From assembly GCF_006345805.1 (NCBI RefSeq), contig NC_042999.1, forward strand, positions 106,268,001-106,332,000: DNA of 64,000 nt. Reading direction: 5' to 3'. The position numbers and the translations under genes were made by a program. The DNA is from Octopus sinensis. Its lineage: Eukaryota. A model generated the notes under the pieces. That model had not been told where the DNA came from, did not search any database, and worked only from the letters and a program-made list of their open reading frames with translations. Shown piece by piece: positions 24,660-39,439 of the stretch. The stretch's first letter is position 1; the number at the start of each line of letters is the position of its first letter.

Positions 24660-27600
24660 CGTTGGTAAGAACGGAGAGAAGATGGAGCAGAGTTCTATAA
24701 ATTTATATTAGAAAAAGAAAAGCTCATGAGGAAAGCAAGACGACGTAAGTAGTGCTTAGTAGGAGACAGGAACATATCGAGAAAAGTCGACAGCAAAAAG
24801 AATGGAATGAGGAGGAGAAATGGGCGAAGGCGGCAGTGAAGTACGAGAATACCAGAGGTGAGAGGCGAGTTAAGAGATAAAATTTATTTCTGAACAAAGC
24901 GATGTTTGAGTAGAGAGTAAAACGTTCATATAAATCTATCTGTGACATTGTAGTGCATATATGTGTGTATAATGCATACCATCATGAATCTAAAGATCTG
25001 AAGTAACTGTGAATTAGAAAGTATTCCTGTAAAAGAAATATAATGTTAACACGTTCCTTCTTGTGTTACACGTAGATAAAGAGAATCAGTTTCCCGGTAA
25101 ACATGCGAATCAATACACACTGAATACATTCGGTAAAATCGCATTCAGCGCTTTAGTAAACGAGTGAAAGTGAGACAAAGACGGATCACTTTGGTTTAAA
25201 ATAAAGGAGGCAAAATATTGTTGCTACCTTGAATTATCCCCAAGTGCAAATTGAACACTGGGACCGGTAGATAATCAGGACTTTTTACCTGAATATAATA
25301 TTTAGGGCGACAGTGATAGAAATGAAACAATAGCTTACATTTTCTCCAACGTAATGTCCGAAATGTATAGAATACGGATATGTAAATATCCACAGAAAAA
25401 AATTATCTATAACTATTTTGTGGGAAGCATATTGTAAGTCCTCGAAAACAATAAAGTGAAGATTGATACATAATGAAATAACATAACTCAATTACACACC
25501 ATGCATAACTGGGCAAGCTCCAAAATAAGAAGAGTCTATAAACTGAAACCCAACACGAGCAATTGAAACAGCATAGAAAGAGTCCCAACAAAATAAGAAC
25601 ATATCTCATGGACACAGAGGTTCGCTGTAGTTGCAGTAGAAACCCGTATGAAACTACCGAGGAAATGATGATGATGATGATGATGATCATGATCATGATC
25701 ATGATCATGATTGTCTTTTACTAATTATTCTTGTATTTAAAAAGTATTCTCAAATTATGTGAGTTGAAGTTATAAGCATTTGAATTAAAGTCTATATTTT
25801 TTAGCGTGATAAGAAGATAGAGTAATAAGTTTGTTAATTTTTTCAGGTTACAATGTCAAACATATAAGAATCCTTTCCAATTTTTAAATAGGTAATTTGA
25901 GTGCATTTTAGTAACTATTTCTTATAGTTCACATCGTCTCTTTTCGCTTAGAAGTTTCTTGTTGTTGTTCGGCCCAAGGCATCCGTACTTATCCAAGTCT
26001 GAGTGTTATTTAAAATCAAATTATCTAAAATGCCTTTCACATATTCCATATGATATATAATCATTCAGTCATTAGGTTGTTATTTGTAACATGTAGAACA
26101 ACTTTATATTGATTCTTTCAGTCAGTTAATGTGAAATGTTAGGTAGAAAGACAAAGATATGCAATTATATTTTCCTTTTTTTAACAAGAACTGTGTGTAA
26201 ATTGATAACTTATAGCATATTAGTAAGGCGTTGTAAACATTTAAAACAGAGAGAAAGGGTAGGGAGAGAGAGGGGAAGAAGGAAGGAAAGAAAGGAATAA
26301 TTTAGAGTACCCAAACAGGAATTCAAGGGATGCTTCGACAAATGTAGATTTAGAATTTATTAATGAATTTTGTGTGTGTTACGTAACCGCAAATCAGCAC
26401 TGACTAAGCTGATTAACTGTGCGTAAATCGTACTTTAGCTGTTACTAGGATTATATCATCCAGTATTTCCTGTTCTTTCTTAGAATAATAGATTGTGATT
26501 GGAAAGAGCTTTGGATGCATTTTCAAGCACGTCATGTGATCACGTAGGGAGTCACTCATTGAAGCTATGCAGAGGAAACAATGGAAAGGGTACTTATAAA
26601 TACGTATATCCAAGAATGGAAACAAGAGAAATTTTTAATTCCATAATATTTTAACTCCATAATATTCTACAATTTAAGCCATTGACATTGAAACAAAATA
26701 TCCTGAAATGTGTATCATATTTGTTTGAAAACAATATATAAATATCACCTAAAATCAATACACTCGCTCAAACACTTCTATTTCAAACGTTTATTAGTTT
26801 GCAGTATATTTTGCATAAATATAACAAAAATAGTGCCAGTTTACAGTATTTGATAACTTCACCTTGATTGTCTGGCAGTATTTTTTTCTTTTCACTTTTG
26901 TGCTGATAGTTAAGATTTCAATATTATTCACTTCCCTACACACCTACAGTTGTATGGTGATATAGGTAACAGATTATTACACTAACACAGACCCATGTTT
27001 ATAGATGATTGGATGGTAACGAATATAACGGAAGGAAAATGTTTACAACAAAATTTTTTTCCATATTAGGAATTCAGTTCGACAGGTCCTTGCATTTATT
27101 ATTTGCTACATATTAATTACATTCAACTGGGCAGAAGGATAGTCTTTATACTTAAAATGTATACTCGCTTAAAATTATTTCAGTTTTTAACGTAGACTGT
27201 GTTATTATCCCACATGTGATATGCAGTTCCTAATTACTCCTTACTGGTGGACAAAGGTTGCATTTATAGTAGCAAAATAATTACTGGTCAATTTTACTTT
27301 TTAGCAAATAGATTTATGGAAAAACACAAATAGATATTTATCGCAAAACGATCGAAGCTTGCTTAATACAGGCTCAAGCGGATAAAATATAGACAATTAC
27401 AGTGGTAGGAGAAACATGTTGACAAGAGTAGGGTATATAGTCCTGGTTGTGTTCAGTGAGTTATTTCATAAACCCAGTTGAATTCGCGCAGCTGGTTTGA
27501 CAATTGCGTGCTAATATTGCCTTGGGGTGACGAAATATGATGTTCAATAGTCAAATCAAAGGAAGGCATGGAGTGACTTAATGATGAGCAATAACGTGTA

Positions 27601-28559
27601 ATTAATTGTACTATGATTTGGAATAAAGATTTATGCAGTAAATCAAAAACAGTTTTATGTCTTCATATATTTCATACGTTGTACTTACAGATTCAGAGCA
27701 CAGTCAAACAAAGTCGGATATGAAAATATAACTCAAAGGTGAAAATCATATACTGCAAGGAATCAAGTATATCACGTTAAGAGGTTGAATCTCTACACAT
27801 AGCTTAAATGTTTACATATAAATAGCTAGAATATTGTATGATTTAGTAATTATTTATAGTAAAAGCATGGTTTAAAAACATCAAATTATACTTCAACAAA
27901 TTTTGTTTGAGTAGGTATTAGGGAAATCATAATCAATAAATCAATCAATAAATCAATATACCTTCATTTTAGGATGAAACAATATTAAGTCATTTAATGA
28001 TTATCGCATGAAATGTATATAGGCACAATCGCATATATCGACATGCACATCTCAACGGGCAGATACAGTGACAAATATTCGCATATATATATATATGTGT
28101 GTATATGTATATGTAAATAAGCATATATATATATAGACATACATATATATATATTTATATATATATGTATATATATGTATACGTATATATATATATGTAT
28201 ATGTGTGTGTGTGTGTGATTGCTTCATCCTGACAGATGATAGCCATCAACACACACACACACATCACACCCCCACCACGTAGCACAATCTCTCCGTTGAT
28301 GACCCCTCAGATGCTGACTGACTGACAGGGTTTGAAATACAAGTAACAGATATTATTCAAGTTTCCTCTATAAGCCCTTTGAAATCTGATTCTGAAGGAA
28401 TGTTTTTGTGAACTACCATATGTCTTTTAAGTGACATATTGTACAACCCATAAAAGGCGATTCATATTCAAGATTATTATCTACCTGTGCATTTCGATTT
28501 TCATGTCACTTCATATCATTCACGTATCCTGCTTTTGATAATAGAACACGGTCACACAT

Positions 28560-30180
28560 AATTCATATCCAATGTTCCCTGTTGATTTCATTTCTAAATT
28601 TTCCTTTGAGACAAGACCTTTTAAACTCGGAGTGCTGAATCATCTTTTCCTCCCAGGAATTACAACCAGTCCTAACAGCGCCTCTCCACTTGTTCCGATC
28701 TAGAACACCAATTTCCCAATAATTTTTGTTCATATCTAGTTTCTTCAGGTTTTCCTGCACGCAGCCTTTATACCTTTTCCTCGAATCAATTTGTAGTCGC
28801 TTACCAGAGTTGATCTCACTATAAAAAAGACACTTTAGCAATTGCTTGTCTTTTATTTTTATATCAGGTCCGCCCATCTCATTCGAGGCAAGATAACATG
28901 TTATTCAATTGAGCTACAACGTGCCACGGGCAAAACTTCTGTATCAGGTATGAAACAAAGCCACTTGAATCCAAGATACGTCTGAGGCACTTTTGATGAA
29001 ATCTCACCTTAACGTGGTCCACGTTTCACTCGAATAAAAAAGTGCAATCAATACACACGTTATATAGACATTGATTTTTGTTTGCAGGGAAATGCCTCTA
29101 TCCACGCTCACTCGCTTTTCGAACTTTCTAAGTGCAACACTTCACTTTCCTATTAAATATTATATTTCTGCATTGTGACAGTGTGTTTCCAAGGTAAACA
29201 AAGGTATCAATGACTTCTAATCTTGTTCCATTCACAAAAATGTTTCGTTCACAATGTTTGTCCCGGTGCGGGAGTAAACATTACTTTGGTCTAACCAAGA
29301 CTAATTGTGAGTCCGAAATGTACACATGGAGTGGAATCTGTCCATTATATGTTGAATATTCCCCTCTGAGTGTGCCAACAAATCACCATCATCAGCATAA
29401 AGTAATTTTCTAACAATTGTTTTGAAAGTCTTTGCTTTTCAGTTAAACCGGGTCAGATTTAAAATACAGCCAGATGTCCAATATGTGATTCTGATTCCCC
29501 TGTTGCAATCCTTGAAAGCATACCAAAGCAATGCAGCAAAACAAATAGAGAAAAGAGTAGGAGCAGGAGTATCTCCCTGTTTCATACCGTTGTCCACCGA
29601 AAATTCATGTGATAGCTCACCATTAAGGAATACCTGAGCAAGCAATTTTGCACAAAATCCACAGTGCCATCCGGTTTACTATGTCAAATACCTTCGTTAG
29701 GTTAGATCTATGAAGACCTGGTATAGTGGAATTTGTTCCTCTAAGCAATTCTGAAGCTGCCTCGCAGAAAATATCATGTCCATTGTACATCGCTATGGTC
29801 TGAAACAACACTACTCTTCAGGATCCTTGACAGTATATTCCAGGTATGTCCCAGGAGACGTATCCCTCTAGAATTACCAGACACTGCTTTTTGACCCTTA
29901 CCCTTGAATACAGAGATTAGAATACCACTTATCCATTCCTCTGGCACAGAAGATTCATTCCAAACTCGAGTTATCAGGCGATGAATTTCAGATGAAATAT
30001 GATCCCCACCTGCTTTCCTAATTTCAACTGGAATACCATCCAATCCTGATCTCAGTTTACATAATCCCAGATTTCCTTCTTCAAAGGAAGGTGTATCGAT
30101 CACATGTTGCACTATCTCTCTTTGTGGAATGTTGTTTATATTCATGTTCCTTACAGAAGAATGGTGAAAAAAGATCTACG
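28560..30180 (-). mobile_element. Decayed RTE-clade LINE (RT and C-terminal region)
   Basis: Fragments SGLDGIPVEIRKAGG, GNSRGIRLL, DLTKVFDIVNR, VDNGMKQGDTPAPTLFS and LFYSEINSGKR..RKRYK..DRNKWR. Confidence 0.9.
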
Positions 30181-30769
30181 AAGTGTTTTCTCTATATGTT
30201 CATTATTCCAGGAGGATCATTAAGATAGATAGACAGACAGACTTGTAGATAGGTAGATAGATAGATAGATAGATAGATAAATAAAGAGAAAAAGATAGAT
30301 ACATGCTTATACAGAAAATGAATGAAACAGGGAAAATGTATTAGAAGACAAGAAAATGAGAGCACGGGAAAGAATCATTAAACTTGCCTTGGAAATTGTC
30401 AGACAAATATATAAGGTAAAACATATTTAAGGGCAGAGCGTTAAATAATGAGCAGCACAACAATTAATCAGATTCATATTCGTTGTAAAAGAAAGCTAAT
30501 ATTAGTCAATGACTGCTATTAATGCTTTCTGTCAGCAACTATGAGGAACAGTCCCAAACATATGTTGAATGCTGCATTAGTTGTGCGCAAAGTCTTCGAA
30601 AAGTACTGCCATAAATCAATAAGTGATTATACTATATATACGCTACCTAGATAGAGAAATGAATCTGCCCACAGCTTCCCACCTCATAACAATTCGTCAC
30701 ATGCGTGGTATGGACATATCACCCGCCTCCCGTTAGATAATCCTACCATAGCTTTTTCTCACATTTCAC

Positions 30770-31030
30770 GCAGCAGTTGTGGGCTAAAAGAGGCTTCGTT
30801 GAAGGCTCCGCACCAGATGGTTGGATGTTATTAGGGAAGATATTCAGAGGCTCAATGTCACCTTGGTGAATGCAGAAAAGCTGGTATAGGACAGCCAGTG
30901 AGGGAGCGCACCGGTGGATCTGGTCGGCTCTATGCATGATAAAGCCTCTGGGGCAACTAACTTGGAATGAGATCAGCCGCAATAAGCAAGGGTAGGAAAC
31001 CAAGCCACATGCCATCCTGATTTCTCTTGA
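30770..31030 (+). mobile_element. 3' end of an RTE-like LINE
   Basis: RTRWLDVIREDIQRLNVTLVNAEKLV*D resembles the RTE C-terminal RWxDxxxxDL..A..DR motif. Confidence 0.65.
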
Positions 31031-32411
31031 ACTTATGACATTACTCAAACTAATTAACGTTTGTATTAGATTTCACTTTACATATATTTCACATATAATA
31101 TTATATATTTACATATATGTCTTCAAATATTTTTGTTATCTTCAAGATCGTATTTACCCAATTTAATAAAAAAGGCAAATTTCCCAAGTGAATGTCTACC
31201 AAAAGTAACATATAGTTAAATGCAGACTAACATTGTTTATATGATGTGCTCAAAACAAATTTTAACCAATTGAACAGAGGCTTATAATGATGATACGATT
31301 TATTTCTAGTAACAACAATTTTTGTCAAGGAAGGCCACAGGGAGAAGTAGAAATTAATATAACTCAGGAATTAAATTAAGCCATGTACCAGGGTGTGTTA
31401 CTGATCTTCGTTTAATACACTTAAAACAACGTCATTATTTCGGTCTTAATGGATATCAAATTGTCACCCAAGAAGCACACATCAGATCAAAAAACGATTG
31501 AGATTATAAATATTTAATGTCAATCACTTCCCATTTTAAAGTTTTAATCAATTTAAATTCCTTAGATTTTTCCTTTGCTTTCATTATCGTCAGTGCGGGT
31601 AACTTTTCATCTTAATATTGCATTCATTTCAATTTATTACACTTCTTTCCAGATCACTACATTCGATACCTTTTATATGCTGTGGAAGATTTTGGCAAAA
31701 CTTTCAGTGTCATTATTTTAAATTACCAACACTTAGATTAATATTCACAAAGTGTACGTACAGCCTTTTGGTAAGTATGCATCAATACTCAAAGAATGCG
31801 CGTTGATAAACTGTATACCGGATGTGTCACAGCAATCTTCAAAAAGAATGCACATTCTCGAAGGCATGCCTCCACCTAATGCTTAAATTTTAATCAACTT
31901 CAGTTTTTCTCCCCCTTCTTGACAAAAAATGGAATTAAGGCAAACAAGATTTTCTTCCTGCTGTGGTTATAATTTCAATTAAGAATTACTTTTTGATCAA
32001 TGCCTAAGCATTAACTTACTGCATATTCCTAGAATATTATATCTCTAACCTTATTTTCTAGCATATAATTGTATATGTGTGTTTGTCAATGTTTGCATGA
32101 TTGTATATTGAAACGCACACTTACACACATATGTATATTAACTGTGTAGGTGATAAATCCAAGAGCTTTCTACATACTCTTGAAGCCAAACCAAATAGAG
32201 AATGGAGAATTAGTTGTTTGAAATATTGTAAGTAATTAATGTGCATCTTATTAAATCTGTATCTAATTATACAGGCATCTAGATATAGCTGAAAAGTGTA
32301 TAACTGCGAATCTTATTTAATTGAAGTAATTAATTGAACACATGGGTCATATGAAATTAAGCACACTATCGAATTGACACACACACACACACACACACAC
32401 GCACGCACATA

Positions 32412-33715
32412 TACAAATTTGATATCATTTGATATGTAAATATCAAACAAACTACATAGTCAAAGCAAATGAAACTAAACAGGCCTAATGTTGAGCAACA
32501 TAAGATTTATTCCTCGAAATCTGAATGAGAAATTCAAAGGTTTTGGATTCCATGAGCGATTTCACAAATGCTCAATATGCGCACCGCCTGAGGCACGGCG
32601 CACGTCAGATCGGTAGTCCAGCAACTCCCAAACACGCTGCAGCATATCTTGGGTAACAGTCTCCAGTGCGGTAGTGATTCTCTGCTCGAGTTTCTCTAGA
32701 CTTGCAAGAATAGGGGAGGCCTAGACCAGGCCCTTCTCATAGCCCTAGAGAAAGGAAATTGAGAGGTGTCATGTCAGGCGAACGTGGCGGCCATTTCAAC
32801 GGCGCATTGTCGTCATCACCAGCACGCCCGATCCATCTCCCAAGCAGATTGCCATTGAGATAAGCCTGCACAGTGAGCTTCTAGTGAGGTGGAACTCCGT
32901 CCTGTGTAAAAATGAAGTCTTCATGTTCATTTGCAATGAGCTTATCCATTAGCCAGTTTTGAATCACTTGAAGATAAACATCGTATTTTTCCCTGAAAGA
33001 AAACGGACCATAAAGATGGCGCAGAACATTCACTTTTGGCGAGCACCTCTCATGCTCAGCAGAGGCATGGGAATTTACTTCGCCCCAAATGCGAACATTC
33101 TGCTTATTGACTTTGCCATTTGCATGAAATGTGGCCTCATCACTGAATGCAAGACGTTCCTTTAACTCGGCTTCTTCAAGTTTCTCTTGCATATCAACAA
33201 AGAATTGTTTGCGCTTTCACTTGTCATCTGTAGTTATGGCCTGAACGAGCTGCATCTTGTACGGTTTCATTAGCAAGCGTTTCCTCAGGACGCGCCAACC
33301 TGTCGTTAGCGGAATCTGGGCTTCCAGATTTGTTCTTCTTACGGACTTCTTTGGGTTTCGGAAGAGTTTTTGGCGAACCTGCTCGACCGCCTCTTTCGAT
33401 GTTAGTGGTCATCCAGATCATTTTGCCCTGTACAGACAGCCTTCTTCTTTGAATTTTTTGCGCCATATCCAAATCTGCATTGATGTTGGTGGCTTTTTAG
33501 AGACCCCTATCAGCCATGCACGCTTGTTCGACTATGTTCGAGTATACTTCAACGCACAAAACGACTTTTCCCTTCCAGTGGAAGATAAACATATCAAACA
33601 TTAAACACAATTTTGACCTGCTTCTACACATGCTGTTAAAATTTGAAGTCATTTGAGCAAGAACAGGCAAAATTATTAGATCGTGAAATAATATCAAACT
33701 TTTTGAAACACCCTG
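32412..33715 (-). mobile_element. DD37D/maT-type Tc1-mariner transposon, decayed
   Basis: RLAFSDEATFHANGKVNKQNVRIWG, SPKVNV and FTQDGVPPH; TIR CAGGGTGTTTCAAAAAGTTTGATAT followed by TA at 33716. The left TIR is only partial. Confidence 0.9.
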
Positions 33716-33762
33716 TATATATATACATACACATACATGTGTGCTCGCACTCACGTGTATAC

Positions 33763-34928
33763 ACAAGGACTGGACAAAATAATGGAAATACCTAGCATCA
33801 TAGTATCATCATTTTGAAATATCTATAAAAACGTCAAAAGGTTTCCAAGAGGTCAAAGAGGTCACATTGTCGGTGCTCATATGGCACGGGCTAGCGTAAT
33901 GAAAACACCCGAAATGTTTTCTGTGTCAAGAAGTATTGTCTCGAAAGTAATGACAGCCTTTGAGAAAGGGAAAAACCTCCTCGTCGAAACAAAACTCTGG
34001 AAGAAAACCAAAACTTTCAGATAGGGACCGTCGGATTCTTACGGGAATTGTTAGAAGGGATAGCAAAAGTAAATCTCTTAAAATTACTGCGCAGCTTAAT
34101 GACCATCTCGAGAACCCAGTTTCCAGGAAAACTGTTCGCCGGGAGCTATACAGTAACGGATTTCACGGGAGGACTGCAATCAGAAAACCACTACTTTCAA
34201 AAGAGAAAAAAAAGCGTTGCAAAGCGTTGAGAGTGGAGTAAAAACCTACAGAATTGCTCACTAGGGCAGTGGAAGAATGTTATTTTCTTGGACGAGTCAT
34301 CCTTTACCTTATTTCCGACCATCGGCCAAGTATACGTGTGGAGACAGCCGAAACAAGCATTTGACCCAGACTGCCTTCTTCCAATTGTTAAACAAGGAGA
34401 AGAATCTGTGATAACCTGGGTGGAGGGGCTATATCTTGGAAATCCTCCGGTCCAATGGTTTCCCTTCATGGCAGAATTAATAGCCAAGTCTATTTAAGCA
34501 TCTTATCTGATCAAGTTCATCGTATGGTTGTGGAACTGTTTCCAGAGGGAAACGCAATCTTTCAGGATGATAATGCTCCTATTCACACAGCTAAAGATGT
34601 TACTGAATTGCACGAGGAGCATTCTAGTGAAGTTGAACATCTTATCTGGCCACAGCAGTCCCCAGGTCTCAATATTACTGAACATCTATGGTGCATTTTA
34701 GAAAAAAACAAGTAAGGGATCGATATTATCCACTATCATCACTACAAGAACTGGAAACTGTTTCCGCTGAAGAATGGCCAAAATTACTTTGGAAACAATT
34801 CAAATTTTGTACGAGTCCATGCCTCGTAGAATTCAAGCAGTAATTACTACTGAAGACGATCCTACACCGCACTAAAATAGGTTTGTTTAATATTTTAAGG
34901 TGTCTCCATTATTTTGTCCAACACCTAC
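33763..34928 (+). mobile_element. Tc1-family (DD34E) transposon, near full length with a frameshifted transposase
   Basis: TIRs GGACAAAATAATGGA and TCCATTATTTTGTCC; translated GRKPKLS..AIRKPLLS, DESSF, FQDDNAPIH and WPQQSPGLNITEHLW. Confidence 0.93.
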
Positions 34929-34934
34929 ATATAT

Positions 34935-34988
<54 letters not shown>

Positions 34989-35884
34989 CATACATACATA
35001 TATATATATATATGCGTAAATATACATGTATGCATATATGAGTATATACATATATATGTGTGTGTCTGTCTGTGTGTGTGTATGTATATATATATGCATA
35101 TATACATACATATATGTACATACCTACATTTACATGTATATATATATATATATATGCATATATGGGTACAGGACACAAAAAAAAACGTAGAACACGATGA
35201 GAAACGAAAACATAAAAACAAAAACATGGAAACGGACTTTTTTCAAACAACGAAAAACAGAGTACAAGACATACAACATAAGGAATATTCTCCTTCTTCA
35301 GTTGCCCCTGTTTTGACTACTCCGTGTTTGCTATTTTTATACAAGCTTAAAGCTTATTACTGATGACTACGTACTGAAAGGGACGCGGTGCGGCGTGATG
35401 CCGCGCGTTGTCCGGGAAGGAAGGAAAAAATTAATCGAAACGAAATCCGAGTACATATGCATTTATCAAAGTCATTTACTTATCTAATTAGTTTATTGCC
35501 ACTCTGTTGAATTTCATAAATAAAAGTAATATACATTACTATATATACATACGTGCATATTTAGACAATAGGTGGGATCTTGATATTCTTAGTATACAAA
35601 ACCCGTCGTAGTTCTCAAATGTATTTGGACTTAAGCTTCGAAAACTTCATCGGAAGCTAGCACCACAATGCCAAGCGTGACTATAAGAGATATCCAAGGT
35701 GATCTGATATGGAAATAATAATGCAGATAAAGGCAATTACACTTCGCATATATCTTGTACATCGACAGCTGTTTCAGGAAACAAGGAGTTACGTAATAAT
35801 TGTACTATGCATAATTTTCAGGTGGAATATACAATAAGGATTGGGTATGCAACCAGTCAGTTGTAATATGGATATATTCTTTTC

Positions 35885-36094
35885 TACCCAAGGTACAAGG
35901 CCCGAAATTTTTTTTATTTTGGGGGCGGGGCAGTCAATTAGATCGACTCCAGTATGCAACTGGTACTTAATTTATCGACCTCGAAAGGATGAAACGTAAA
36001 GTCGACTTCGGCGGAATTTGAACTCAGAACGTAAAGACAGAAGAAATACCCTCAAGCATTTCGCACGGCGTGCTAACGTTTCGGCTAGCTCCAT
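35885..36094 (-). mobile_element. Octopus-type tRNA SINE
   Basis: ACTGGTACTTAATTTATCGACCTCGAAAGGATGAAACGTAAAGTCGACTTCGGCGGAATTTGAACTCAG. Confidence 0.88.
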
Positions 36095-36895
36095 TTTTAA
36101 CATTACATATATAAACACATATATACAAAACTATTTATCTATGAGCCTATTTAGAAATTGGCTTCTTATGTTTGACAAATCTGGATTGATCGTTCGATTC
36201 AAAGATTGGGTACACCAGCATTCCACCCTGGTCAAGATTTTTTTTACTGTCGTCATAATGCGATCTCAATTGTGAAAACTATGGAGATTTTTTAGAGGAA
36301 TTTCACCTTATATAACGTTACATGTGTCCTGTTGCCGTCCAGTGTACTTTTTCACGGATACATACGACTGATTAGCTGAAGACAATCTGTCGTAACGACC
36401 ATTAGGGTGAACTATTGTCAACGAACATGTATAAGACATCTATAATATTATGTAAGATGCACCCGATATAATTGTAAAAAAATTGTAGTAGCTTAGTCTG
36501 TTCCATCTGTTATTTACAGATCTGATCTTCATAGAAGACGAACGGCATTGATGAATAAATTTCATTGATCAGTTATCGAGTCATCTGTATTTTCCATGCA
36601 AGCTGCGTTCATGCCAACTGCGTTTTGCAACGATCCCGCGATTGATACTATCATATATGTATATATGTGTGTATGTGTGTGTGTTTGTGTGTGTGTATGT
36701 GTGTCTGTGTGTAGATAGATAGATAGATAGATATGGATATGTATATTATCGACTACTCATACTCACTGTATAAAGAGCGCTTACTTGCCAGCAGGATGTA
36801 AATTGCCGCCTACCGGCAAACAGGGGTCTATTTGGTACATGGGATCGATAGTGTTTATAACATACCGCTGCTTCTAAATCGTATTTGAAGATATA

Positions 36896-36935
<40 letters not shown>

Positions 36936-38009
36936 CGTATGTATATATACATACATATTTATATATATTGATAGTTATTCATATATACTCACATGGAACT
37001 ATACATGCATATAAATATGCGTGCGGGTATGCAAGTGTTATGCGTATATGACCGTGTTTATAATGATTGTGCATAGCATTTTTCTGAGGGTGCGTGCCTG
37101 TGTTGTAATGAATAAACAAAATCAAGTAAATAGTACAAAGGAATTTTACAAGGAAAATTATACAAAATAAAATTAAGTCGGATCAATCAATGCAAAAGCT
37201 GATTTTGTTTGGAAACAAAAATTGAAGGTTGTATTTCCTATCGATATCACAAAACCCTATTTCAATTGACAGATTATCAATGAAAACAATCGTGAAATAT
37301 GAATTCTCTTTCTAATTCACAAAATGCCTGTCACCAATCATAGAAGGCGGATCATAAAGTGAATGATCAAATATTCTCAATTGCATGATAAACAAAACTA
37401 ATCACTAGAATCCAAAAACATTAAAACTGGTATATACTGTCAAGATACAACTGAGTAAGATGGAAAATATACGAGTGTTCCCTGGTTTTTTTTTCTGTCT
37501 TGTAGGATCTCCTTTGTATTTCAGAGGGAGGATGAAAGAATTTCCTATACAATAATCTATAAAGGAGATATAATATAATCAGATTGAAGTAGTGAAGTAA
37601 GGGGAGGGTGGATGAGTGCATTACTAAATCTTTTCGTTTTTGTTTATCCCATCTACACCGTTCTTGTTTAATCCCATGTCAGCACCTCACATCCTGCAAA
37701 TGAGGGCAAAAGCTTTTTAACTGCAATCATCACATACTATTTTTGACGAACAGAACCGACGGATAAGTTATTTAACGTATTGCTAAGTTCGTAGCACGCC
37801 ATAGTTTTTTTTCACTGTTTATTTTCTTGTGGGTCCAGTGAGCAACAAATAGATGGACAGTGAATGATAACCATCAAATATTACAGTTTTCCTTCGTTTC
37901 TTTACCATATTTTCTACTAAATAAACTTACCATCGTATTTCTCTGTTCTTGTTTCTTTTGTAGTAATTAAGTAACGACGCTCCGTAATGTATCTTCAGTA
38001 TTACCTGTA

Positions 38010-38583
38010 CAACGCTGAGGTAGTACAAGATTTTCCTGATAAATTGAAACCAATTTAAGCAGTTAACTAATTGCGTTTAACATTTCATTGTTTGAACAAC
38101 ACCTTGCTTGAACATCTAATCGTCGTCTTTATTTTTCTGATAAATAGCGAACTGATTCGACAACAGAAAGTCATGGAACAACAGAATTGTAACGCCCTTG
38201 CTGTTTTGGCGCGCGCAGTGCACATTGCCAATAAAATTGTTAAGTTGACGAAACTTCCAAATGCAACAGTTTATCGTGTGTATGAACAATTTAAAGAGAA
38301 AAAGATTGATAGAAAAGAACACAAGACTCGAAGTGACTCCAAGCGCAATCCAAAATTTCTCGCTGGCCTCAAACGCTCAATTGAAGGCAACCCATCCCCT
38401 TCCATGACACCTGTTGCAAAGAAAAGCAATGTGATTTTTGCCACGGTGTGCAGAGCTTTGAACAAGAACCTTGGTATGACTAACTATGTTCAGCAATGCC
38501 GTCACCTCCTAACAGCCAAGGCCAAAGCAATCGGAGCCGAGGGATGTCCCAAGCTTCTGCCTTTCATCAAGCATCAAGGTTGA
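38010..38583 (+). mobile_element. 5' half of a Tc1/mariner (DD37D-like) transposase gene; HTH region only
   Basis: MEQQ...TVYRVYEQF...RSDSKRNPKFLAGLKRSIEGNPSPSM...TVCRAL..LGM..RHLLT; truncated before the catalytic domain. Confidence 0.7.
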
Positions 38584-38717
38584 ATTCTTGATCAATTCTA
38601 TGAAGTGTTGACTGCTAATGGACTACTAACACCAAGATTCCGAGATCGATTCCCAGCAGTGGCCTGTACAATACTAATAATGATAATAATAATAATAATG
38701 ATAATAATAATAATGAC

Positions 38718-38751
<34 letters not shown>

Positions 38752-38780
38752 GTGATAATGATAATAATAATAATAATAAA

Positions 38781-39335
38781 TGCCCTGATGCAGTACCAGG
38801 CAGTGGCTTTCATGGCTTCTGATCTTAACTGATTGGAAGTGTTATCATGTACATTGCTTTGTCTTGGTATAAAAGATGAGCTACAGCAAATATTCTGCTC
38901 AATACCACAGATTTGCTTGTCAGTTGTTTGGCCTTAACGAGTTGAGCATGTCCCTTAGTGGCTGACGATATGTGCATCTCTGATCACGAGCAGAAGTAGT
39001 GGGGGAGCATCATAGTCATGTGTTGAGAGGGATTCTTTGGAGTTTGAATAATTCACCTCTGGAAACATGGGTGTTTCGTTCAACGTCCTTAAACAATCCT
39101 TATTCAGGGACCTTTTGAGCGGGATTGGTTACTCGATCTGAAGAAAATTCTAACTGGGCTCCACCTGCAAGGTCATGTGCTGCTTATCTTGATATGAGAT
39201 CACCATGTTGCGCATATATGGTTGTGATGCATGTGCCTGGTGTACCCTTATCAGACGGGTAGTCATGATGGGTATACTGGGCTTCGTATATTTTACCCCA
39301 GTGTCACTTTGATGGCATGCTCTGCTCGCTCACTC
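38781..39335. mobile_element. About 555-bp non-coding interspersed repeat embedded between (ATA/ATG)n and (AAT)n tracts
   Basis: GC-richer block bounded on both sides by trinucleotide microsatellites; recognised as a common Octopus repeat but family unassigned. Confidence 0.55.
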
Positions 39336-39414
<79 letters not shown>

Positions 39415-39439
39415 TTAATAATAATAACAACATCGAAAA

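Noticed and set aside
25846-25896. 45-nt AG...GT micro-exon candidate
   Set aside because: Splice-like dinucleotides are common in AT-rich DNA and there is no supporting gene context.
35290-35415. CTGAAGA (minus), CTGATGA (plus) and a GC-rich GGAC..CGGC/GCCG..GTCC hairpin
   Set aside because: The hairpin is real, but the core elements are not in a valid hammerhead order or pairing.
36370-36440. CTGAAGA...ATTGTC-AACGAACATGTA
   Set aside because: Stem II overlaps the core, GAAA is incomplete and stem I does not pair.
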